In this document: piece by piece, positions 52,984 to 64,000 of the stretch
How positions within the stretch are numbered: the stretch's first letter is position 1
How the letters are laid out: each line of letters opens with the position of its first letter
The notes under the pieces: model-generated
The model's database searches: none
What the model was told of the DNA's origin: nothing
Seen by the model: only the letters and a program-made list of their open reading frames with translations
Translations under genes and position numbers: made by a program
Assembly: GCA_964016885.1 (NCBI GenBank)
Contig: OZ024753.1
Location: forward strand, 43,276,001-43,340,000
DNA: 64,000 nt
Direction: 5' to 3'
DNA from: Eledone cirrhosa
Taxonomy: Eukaryota

Positions 52984-54539
52984 ACTGGGGAACCTTGTCA
53001 TTAAAACACCCAAGAAACCTTCTATGAGACCTTGTAGGAGGCTAGCTAAATCTACAGAGGTGTAAGCTATAACGTGTGTGTGTATGATAGGACTGGGGAA
53101 CCTTGTCATTAAAAGACCCAAGAAACCTATGAGATGCTAATCGATTTTCCTCTCCTCCAAATTTGTTGGCCTTATGACTAAATCAGAAACCATTGTTATT
53201 TTCATGTTGACTTATTGTCATTTAACGTCAAATTTTCCTGCCAATTACACGATATAATGATTCTATTAATTTAGAATACAAATAAAATTGACAGAAATTT
53301 ACATATAATGTTTCATAATAAATAATATCTGGAATACACAAATAATTAAAATATATTAGGTCAGATAATTATATTTGTTAAATACTGTAAATATAATTAA
53401 AGGTAGAGTCTGTGTCTCTCATAATTAATTTCCAATTAATCAATTGATGCCATATAAAGAATATTATGTGCTAAAGATATAAAATATTCTTCCTAGTCAT
53501 TAGACTATGACCATGCTGGAGCATTTTATACTAAGGTATTTTTTATTGTAGCACCATCATTACCACTTTACAGAGTATATTGGGGGTATTTTGTCATGGT
53601 ACCATCATTACCACTTTACAGCATATACTGGGGTATTTTGTCATGGTACCATCATTATGACTTTACAGAGTATATTGGGCACATTTTACCATGGCACAAA
53701 TAATAGCACTTTGCACAGTATACTAGGGGCATTTCATCGTGGCACTATTGCTATCCTTTTACACAGTAGGCAGATGACATTTTACCATAACATCAGCACT
53801 TCTTGGCAAAACATATTGGCATCCATTTTATTGACTGATCGTCATGTCTTCAGCCAAACAGAGACAATTCTTCAACATTTTCTGTAGCCTCTCACCAAGA
53901 TTCTACAATCAGAACCAGGCCATGAATATATAAAAAAACAAGTTCTAAATACCATCCAATCATGAGTGTCCTTAATATTCTGTCTCCTTAATAATATATC
54001 TCTACTTCAGCTATTATATATTACCATGTCTTACTTCAAGTATTATATATTGCCATCATGAACTATTAAACAAATAAACATTCAGGGACTGAATACAAAT
54101 GAAAATCTAATTTCTTCAAAAATAATTTGTATGCATTTTTTTTTTTCTTTTTCATTTTTTTCTCTCTCCAATAATTTTTTTTATTTTATATTATTATTGC
54201 TTTATTTTGTTGTTGTTGTTGTTGTTGTAGCATATATAATCAGGAGATATAGATTAAAGGTATACATTCACCAAATATAAGACAAAGAGAGAGAGAGAGA
54301 GAGAGAGAGCTTAGAAACGGCAACTGGAAAGTAAATGGTGGTCGATTTAACTAATCCAAATCATCATCATCATCGTCACCATCATCTTTGTTGTCGTCAC
54401 CATCATCATATCGTCATCACTGTCCCCACCATTGTCATCATTATCATAATTACTGTTCTTGCTGTCATGGTATGTCATCATCATCATCACCATCAATGTC
54501 AACATCAATGTCATCATCATCATTAAGACTCATGATGTA

Positions 54540-55185
54540 CACTCACCACTCAATACTCACCACTCACCCTCACCCTCACCACTCACCCTCACCCTCACCA
54601 CTCACCACTCACCCTCACCACTCACCAGTCACCACTCACCACTCACCACTCACCACTCACCACTCACCCCCACCACTCACCCCCACCACTCACCACTCAC
54701 CCCTCACCACTCACCACTCACCCCTCACCCTCACCACTCACCACTCACCAGTCACCCCTCACCACTCACCACTCACCCTCACCACTCACCCTCACCACTC
54801 ACCCCCACCACTCACCCCCACCACTCACCACACACCCCTCACCACTCACCACTCACCCCTCACCACTCACCACTCACCACTCACCACTCACCCTCACCCC
54901 CACCACTCACCACACACCCCTCACCACTCACCCTCACCACTCACCACTCACCCCCACCACTCACCCCTCACCCGTCACCACTCACCACTCACCCCTCACC
55001 CTCACCACTCACCCCTCACCACTCACCCTCACCACTCACCCCCACCACTCACCACTCACCCTCACCACTCACCCCTCACCCCCACCACTCACCACTCACC
55101 ACACACCCCTCACCACTCACCCTCACCACTCACCCCTCACCACTCACCCCCACCACTCACCCCTCACCCCCACCCTCACCACTCA
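54540..55185. repeat. (CACTCAC/CCCTCAC)n heptamer-based repeat
   Basis: Seen directly. Confidence 0.95.
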
Positions 55186-55289
55186 TGATAACAATGTGAA
55201 ATGTCAGCCATAAATATTTAGTGATACTGTGATGGTAACTCTCCACCATACTGACATCCCTCCCTCCTCCCCCTCCCTCCCTCCTCCCC

Positions 55290-55292
55290 TCC

Positions 55293-55336
<44 letters not shown>

Positions 55337-56075
55337 GCCAACTTAAACTCCATTGCTAGCAACAATGCCATCATCATCATCATCCTTATACAACTGTCAC
55401 CACCACCACCATCATCATCAACAGCCTCAGTACCACTGCCGCCACCACCACTGCCACAAACCCCCATCTCCATAACTACCACTACTACCACCACCATCAC
55501 AACTACCACTGCAGCCACCACCACCAGCAACACCACTACCACCAACAAAACCACCACCACCACCACCACCAAAACCACCACCACCACCACCAATACCACC
55601 ACCACCAAAACCACCACCACCACAACCACCACCACCACCACCAATACCACCACCACCAAAACCACCACCACCACAACCACCACCACAACCACCACCACCA
55701 ATACCACCAACAATACCACCACCAACACCACCACCACCAACACTACAACCACCACCACAACCCACCACCACCACCAACACCACCACCACCACCACCAACA
55801 CTACAACCACCACCAAAACCACCACCACCACAACCACCACCACCACAACCACCACCACCACCACCAATACCACCAACAATACCACTACAAACACCACCAC
55901 CACCACCACCACCAACACCACCACCACCAACACCACCACCACCAACACTACAACCACCAACACTACAACCACCACCACAACCCACCAACACCACCACCAA
56001 CACCACCACCAACACCACCACCAACACCACCACCAACACCAACACCAACACCACTACCACCACTACCACCACCAC
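55290..56075. repeat. (CTA)n and (CAC/CAA)n trinucleotide tracts
   Basis: Seen directly. Confidence 0.95.
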
Positions 56076-56879
56076 TGGCTTTATGGGTAATTTTAAATGT
56101 ATCATAACCAACAGTAAAAGTGTGTACTCTGCGAAAGTTTGCGAAGCCTGCCAAGTGAACATTTGAGATATGTTACGATTCTGTAAAGCCTCTTTCTCAT
56201 CAGTAATCACTTGAAGAAGAAGAGAAGAATAGGAGTGTCTCAGATAAACGAAAGATGAGATAGAATTGGATAAACTTCAACCAAAAGCCGATTATGGATA
56301 TTTTTCTAGAAATGGCTAGAATTTCAATGTTATCCGATTCCTATTCTTAATAAACAAAATGACATTTAATTGTTATTTTGTAAGATGACCCTACTGTAAT
56401 CAGTTCTGATTAGATACAGAAACAGTAATTAGAAGTTTTTTTTAATGATAATTCAGAAATTAATTGTACGATAATGGTAAGGCGGCAGACAAATTGTGAA
56501 TTGGCAGAGTTATTAGAGCATCAGATAGTGTTTTGTGGTATTGGTTCTAACTTTCTGCTCTCTGAGCTCAAATCTTACCAAGGTCAACTTTGTCTTTCAT
56601 CTATTCGAGGTTGAGAAAAGAAAAAGTACCAGTCAAGTACTGGGGTCAATTCTTCCTCTATGTCTCATTTTCCCTTCCTCTTCTTCTCTCTCACTTTCTA
56701 GCCTTCTCTGAAAGAAATCTGTTGTACTCAGGCCTAGAAAGGGATGGGCCCTGCCCAACTTAAAATGCCCAAGAAATGCTGTATGTCAATACAGCTCCTG
56801 TACAACTCCAGGTGGCATGTTGCCTTCTTGAGCAATTAGATTCATTTCACATTGCTTTTCATGATAGTACCAGGCCCGT

Positions 56880-57062
56880 AATCGGTAGAGGGTCGAACGC
56901 CATGCTTTGAAGCATAGAGTTACCTCCCTTTATGATCTGATTTCAAATCACGCCGAGGTTAACTTTGCCTTTCATCCTTTCATCCTTACAGGGTCGATAA
57001 AATAAAGTACCAGTAATGTACTGTGTAATTGCTGGCCTTGTGCCAAAAAGTAGAAACAATTA
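56880..57062 (+). mobile_element. SINE family A nested in SINE family C
   Basis: Family C sequence resumes after it with attaaaacacctgagaaac. Confidence 0.85.
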
Positions 57063-58036
57063 TTAAAACACCTGAGAAACTTTCTATAAGATGCAACCTT
57101 GTAAAAGACCAGCTAAACCTACATGTCTTGTACTCTGTACTTTCACAGCCTAACAAACCTTAAATGGCTTAAGAGAGACTTTTATCAAATAAAGGAAACA
57201 TAGAGAATTGAATAGCCAATCACAGGCTAACAATGATTTATTTTGATATATATGGGAGGGGGGGGGGTAAAAGAAATAAAAAAACCTGAAGAGGAGTTTT
57301 AACCCAGATGTGAAATACAACAAATATTTTTCCTTGGACCACTCTAATCTCTTTAACTCAGTAACTAACATTCATTTTTGTTTTCTTCTTTAGTTAGTTG
57401 TAGCTGTTCACATCACATAATGGAAGGCATTTTGTTGTATGTTATTGAGGTATTAGAGACAGCAGTTACAAGATTGTTAACATTCCTACATCCTAACTAA
57501 ATACAAAAGCCAAATTCTTGACATTGCAAAATAGCTTTTTCACACAGTATGAAATGAAGGTTTCTCTTAAATATATATATATATATATATATATATGCTT
57601 TTGTTAACTTTTCATTCAACCAGGGATTTAAGCCGAAGTTAATCCCTAAGATTATTATTTGTCTAGTGTCATTTAGTGTCTGTGTACATTGAAAACAGTT
57701 ATTTTTACCATTCTTACCCTAAACTAAATCATTCAACTACACACTCCAAAATAACAGCTAAAGTTTAGATTTTTTTTCCCTCCCATCAAACATGAATGCC
57801 ATTGTTTGTAGCAGATAATATAGTAGCATTTAATAACTGTAATCTTACATTATATGCATGCATGGATGTGTTTGGAGTTTTGGTTATTTTTCCATCTAAA
57901 AATCTTATCTAAACAGACTCCATAATCTTTCCTCTCAAAAGCTAACACAGTTTCTTACTTTCTTCCTTCAGATACATTCCTTAATAACAATTATCTGAAC
58001 AAAAGACAAATGAAAATCACAGCCCCCAAACCCCCA

Positions 58037-58163
58037 TAACACCCCCTCCCACTTCCACAACACCCCCTCCCACTTCCACAACAGCCCCTCCCACTTCCAC
58101 AACAGCCCCTCCCACTTCCACAACAGCCCCTCCCACTTCCACAACACCCCCTCCCACTTCCAC
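58037..58163. repeat. 21-bp C-rich minisatellite, about 6 copies
   Basis: cccctcccacttccacaaca(g/c). Confidence 0.92.
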
Positions 58164-58212
58164 TCCAGAATAATCTGTTCCATCATAAACAGTAGTTTTC
58201 TATTAGTTAAAT

Positions 58213-58395
58213 AATTGTTTCTACTTTTGGTACAAGGCCAGCAATTACTCAGTACACCTTATTTTATCGACCCCCTGTAAAGATGAAAGGCAAAGTTAAC
58301 CCCGGCGGGATTTGAACTCAGATCATAAAGGGACATAACTCTATGCTTCAAAGCATTGTGTCCGACACTCTGTTGATACTTCCAATCCACTGCCC
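58213..58395 (-). mobile_element. SINE family A with a 19-bp TSD
   Basis: tttctattagttaaataat on both flanks. Confidence 0.92.
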
Positions 58396-58688
58396 TTTCT
58401 ATTAGTTAAATAATAACGCCCAGTCCCATGTGAAACCAAATTGAGACAATCTTGAAAAGTACAAAAGGTCGTCACTACAACCGCCTACATCACACTTATA
58501 AATCTAAAGTCTTTACTCTAATACTATAAAGGTTCGCATGATCGGTCCAGTAGTAAAGATACTCTAAACATTTGAATTAACAAACCTATATTTAATCATT
58601 ATAGGATGTTAAGAGTTAAATGCCATAGACATGCTGTATGTCATGACAACACTCCTAATAAAAGATCAGGAGAAAGAGGCTCCCTCTT

Positions 58689-58726
<38 letters not shown>

Positions 58727-58738
58727 TTTCTCTTTCTC

Positions 58739-58863
<125 letters not shown>

Positions 58864-59557
58864 CCTCTCTCTCTCTGTATATCTTCTTCATTTACTTGTT
58901 TCTGAGAAGGTTGTAGGGGCAGAGTCTTGAAACACTCCTCCCAGCAGGTCCTGTCAGAAGCAATCATTTCCAACTGATCCAGCCAAATATCCAAGTGCTT
59001 GGGTTTCTTACCGGTTGGTTTTGCCAGTAAAATCTATCAAGTGGTTCTTTCCTGAGACATTCTAACCACATGCCCATAGTATCGGAGTTGTGATCTCTCA
59101 ATTTGGAGAAGTAGCAGCTCTACCCGGAGTGACTTTCCAGTGATTATTTCCTGAGACATTCTAACCACATGCCCATAGTATCAGAGCTGTAATCTATCAA
59201 TATATATAATGTGTGTATATGTGTGTATATAAATTTCACAACTGTTTCAAAATTTTGCAATAAATATCTTAAAAGCTAAGACAAAAATCCTATTCTTATC
59301 CAGTTCATTTTCTCTGCATTGAAACCCTGCAGTATTTTGCAGTTAAGAAGAAATAAGGGAAGAGACATGATAGAACAGCACCAGAATATATTAGTATGTG
59401 AGAAGAAGACATTCTTCACTTGCAATTCCTGTTATGTAAACATTGTAAAGAAACAAACATTATTAAGTATACACCTCATATCAACATTATTGAATTGGTT
59501 TCCTTGCACAAATATAACTTTGTGTTCATACCCATGTATTATAAAACACGCACATGC

Positions 59558-59600
<43 letters not shown>

Positions 59601-59885
59601 TATATGTACACACATATATACATATATATACACATGCATATATACATATATATACACATGCATATATATATATATATACACACACACACATGCATATATA
59701 TGTACACATACATATATATATATGTACACACATATATACATATATATACACATGCATATATACATATATATATACACATGCATATATATATATATATATA
59801 TACACACATGCATATATATATATATACACACATGCATATATATATATATACACACATGCATATATATATATACACACACACATGC

Positions 59886-59919
<34 letters not shown>

Positions 59920-59930
59920 ATATATATATA

Positions 59931-60240
<310 letters not shown>

Positions 60241-60796
60241 GGGGTAAGGTGGTGAGAGCTGATCTAAAATCACTGAAGCTCACAGACACAGAGGAAATCA
60301 CCAAAAAAATGTAATAAGGGAAATGGGGATGCTGTGCTGAAAAAGACCTACCCAACCCATGCAAGCATGGAAAAGCAGATGTAAAATGTTTTTATTTGTA
60401 GCATGACCCCCCCCCCCCCTTCTCCCAAAACGATAACATTTTGCTATGTTATTATAAAAGCTCATAAATCTGACATATGAAATATTAATGAAATCAGTTG
60501 TATTTATTCGATCTATCATAGTTTTGTGATAGATACTAACTACATTAGTGATGTTGGTCAGTTTAGTAAGTTTTGAATATTTTACTGTTGATCAACTCAG
60601 ACATCAATTTATACTACATTGTACTGATGACCTTAAGACATATATTCACACAAAACATTGAACAAAACATACATCCATATATATATATATATACACAAAC
60701 ACACATATATATATATATATATATGTATATATCTATATATATACACAAACACACACATATATATATATGTATATATCTATATCTATATATATACAC

Positions 60797-60974
60797 AGCA
60801 ATGAAGTAGAGGTCAGTAGGCTAGAATTTACCTCATTCATTTGTTACACAGTCACTGTTATATGTATTTTAATGGCAACTGTTTCATAACAATTACCATT
60901 GAAATATGTATAACAGCAATTATATATCAAATGAATGATGTAATTTCTAACCTACTGACTTCTACTTTATTGCT
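60797..60974. repeat. Old diverged palindrome, arms of about 87 bp, 4-nt loop
   Basis: agcaatgaagtagaggtcagtaggctagaatttacctcattcatttg versus caaatgaatgatgtaatttctaacctactgacttctactttattgct; centre ctgtt-tcat-aacaa. Confidence 0.85.
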
Positions 60975-61126
60975 ATACCAATACACTGGAGTACACAGAC
61001 CTACATGTATACTTTGTCGGGTGCTCTGTCCTGCTTACAATAGTGTCTGTTGGTTAACTAACACAAAACATAGCGAGTATATCTATATCTATCTCTCTTT
61101 CTCAATATATATATACATATATATAA

Positions 61127-61311
61127 AGGCGGTGGATTGGCAGTATCAGTAGAGGGTCGGACGCCATGCTTTCCAGTATAGTTACGTCCCTTTACGATCT
61201 GAGTTCAAATCCCGCCGAGGTTGACTTTGCCTTTCATCCTTACAGGGTCGATAAAATAAAGTACCAGTAATGAACTGGGTAATTGCTGGCCTTGTGCCTA
61301 AAGTAGACACA
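61127..61311 (+). mobile_element. SINE family A, young full-length copy
   Basis: ggcggtggattggcagtatc...gagttcaaatcccgccgagg...gtgcctaaagtagacac. Confidence 0.92.
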
Positions 61312-61831
61312 AATATATATATACATATATACGATATTAAACAAATGGAAACTATATTTATAAAACCATATTTATTTCGTTATATATATTTCTGGGATAT
61401 CATATTAAAAATATGGTATGCCTTCCTCAGACAAAATACAATACATAAGCTGTTTTATAAATAATTAGTGACATACCTTGTAATAATGCAACTTCCATTT
61501 ATAAAATATTTACTCGTTGTAACCCAACAATCTTAAATAAAACTTTTGCATATATACATATATATGTATATATTATACATATATGATGATGATGATGACA
61601 CACATGTCAGTAAACAGAAATAACGAAACAAACAACACAGTACAATAAATAAATATATTACTTTAATGCTTGATATAGTAGGAAAAGAGTCTTAACTTTT
61701 CAGACACTAGTCCTTCATCGGAAGATAAAACGACAATAAAAGAGGAAATAGAAAGATTGAGAGTGAGAAGAGGAACGAAAAACAATTTTTTGAGAAAAAG
61801 AATGTGTCTATTCAGTCAGCCATTTTGAAGA

Positions 61832-61901
<70 letters not shown>

Positions 61902-62083
61902 TATAACATTGGGAGAGTTGGGTAAAAAGATGACAAATTAAAATAAGAATTGATTTTGTTGTAGTCTTACTAAATAAAAGAACTCATCTCCAACGCATCT
62001 TTTTTTATGACTATTGTCATCTAGAAGCTATTTGAAGTGGTATCAAGTTAGAATATTCTATTAGATGAAGTAATAGGAGGGTG

Positions 62084-62115
<32 letters not shown>

Positions 62116-62159
62116 TATATATATATACATAGATACATGTTTATATACTGTACATACAT

Positions 62160-62222
<63 letters not shown>

Positions 62223-64000
62223 TACATGTGTGTATATATATACATATATATATATATACACACACATATATATATAATAATAAAAAATACAGAACCCAAT
62301 ATGGCAGCCTCAGCTAATAACAATAAATTAAAAAGAGAAATTAAACAGACATCTATTTTATTTTCAATAGTTCGACTATTCTCCTCTTACTTTCTACATT
62401 TTATGTTTTTCTTTCCTTTATCACTTGTCGATATATTCCTTCATGTTTTCTGAACAAGTTATTGTCATTCAATGCAGGATGCTCTTGAAAATAAAAAAAG
62501 AAGGAACATATTTCTTTCTCTTTTTTCTAGCATCTTCTGTTTTAAGTTAGGTAAAAATATAAAAGAAAACCTTTCCATTTCATGGATTGGCATAATCGTT
62601 AGAGTATTGGACAAAATACTTCGGTATTTGTTCCAGATCTTTTATGTTCTTAGTTCAAATCTTGCCAAAATCCAAAAGCCTGCTTTACAGTGTGGACTAG
62701 GTGCTATTTATTGTGGCACTAACACAACGACTTTACAGTGTGGACTGGGTGTTATTTATCATGGCACTAACACTACCACTTTACAGTGTAGACTGGGTCT
62801 CTGAAATCACTGCAGTATCCATTTCTATGTAAATTAATTGCTTTCACTGTTTAGTTCCTTTTTCTTTCTGTCTCGTTTGTATCTGAAGATCTTTTAATCA
62901 AATTCCTCATAGAAATATTAACAGCTTCTCTAGTTTACTGAAATACATAAGAGCAACTATTATTAATGTAACATTGTATCAATATCTATCATCGTTTGCC
63001 CTGCTGCATGTTGTAACAATGGACTTAATAATTGAAGAAATAGAGAAAATGTATTCTTCTACAATCAACATAATTAACCAATTCTCAGATCTGGTGATAG
63101 TGCGGGTATAAAATGAGTTGTGAGGTACTATGAGAACACTGTTACTGGTTATTCCACATTCACAAAAGAACTTGGGCGCTTTTCAAAATAATGTTATTGC
63201 GAATACAATGAGAGATTCTCCGATATCAAAAGCAGATGTTATCTGCGATGTGCGGAATATTTCATCAATGGAACATTTCAAGAATTTCGAATCAAATTTT
63301 GTAACTATCTAAAACATTTGGGAAATATCACTGACGTCTATAAATGGCTGCATTGTTTCGCTTGTCATTAGCTAAGCTGTGGGCTGTTGGGCGATACTTG
63401 CAATGTTATCTAATTACTAAACTTATATATCTGACATGAGATCAGATGGCAGGGAAGATCAATTAATTTCAAATGATAAAGTTAATAAAATCACACATTG
63501 CAAGTCTGACCATATTCCTCACTATATATTAAGAGATTATTAAATATATATCCTTCCACAGATTGAAATTTATGTCTATGAAAGAAATCCCCATTGATAT
63601 ATCTAACTCTTTTGTTAGTGTATTTCTAATGAAATCCACTCTACTTCAATTAATTAATGAAGAATTTGGAGGGATTTACTAAAATTAATTATTTCATTAC
63701 TAAGATAGTAAGAGTCCTTAATAAAATTGTTAGAAGATTTTAATTTAAATAGGAACTCTTTAAAATGGTTTGGGGAGGATTGATATGATAATGTCTAGAC
63801 AATAACATTCTCGTTAAAATAGGTGTTATGCAGTAGGGGGTTGGTAGGAGTAATATAGCACTACAGGGGCATATTGGTTAGGGTGTTGGACTCATGATCT
63901 TAAGGTTATAGGTTCAATTCCTGGACTGAGTGATGCATTGTCTTCTTGATCAAGATTCTTCATTTCAGATATATTTTTCATGATAGGTCTAGGACCCCTA

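Noticed and set aside
54540-55185. Telomere-like repeat
   Set aside because: The unit is CACTCAC/CCCTCAC, not CCCTAA; irregular and interstitial.

Overview
Eukaryotic, very AT-rich, repeat-saturated non-coding DNA. The repeat repertoire resembles an octopod cephalopod genome (inference from recall, not a search). It includes tRNA-derived SINEs with RTE-type (GAT)n tails, RTE and CR1 LINE fragments, TTAA-flanked MITEs and very long (TA)n/(CA)n/(CAT)n microsatellites. I recognise no host exon, rRNA, true tRNA or CRISPR array. Almost every ORF in the track is a microsatellite or minisatellite artefact, and the only recognisable protein fragments are LINE reverse-transcriptase C-termini. Points of note: (1) about eight independent, mutually dissimilar minimal type-I hammerhead-ribozyme motifs or half-motifs, mostly in short elements lodged in or beside TA microsatellites, as expected of Penelope-like element termini; (2) several long, almost loop-less palindromes, one with a hammerhead in each arm; (3) a 33 x 45-bp minisatellite born from the Pol III A-box head of a SINE, with a two-copy version elsewhere in the window; (4) a MITE-internal satellite with a higher-order trimer; (5) a young RTE LINE fragment joined to the tail used by a local SINE family.
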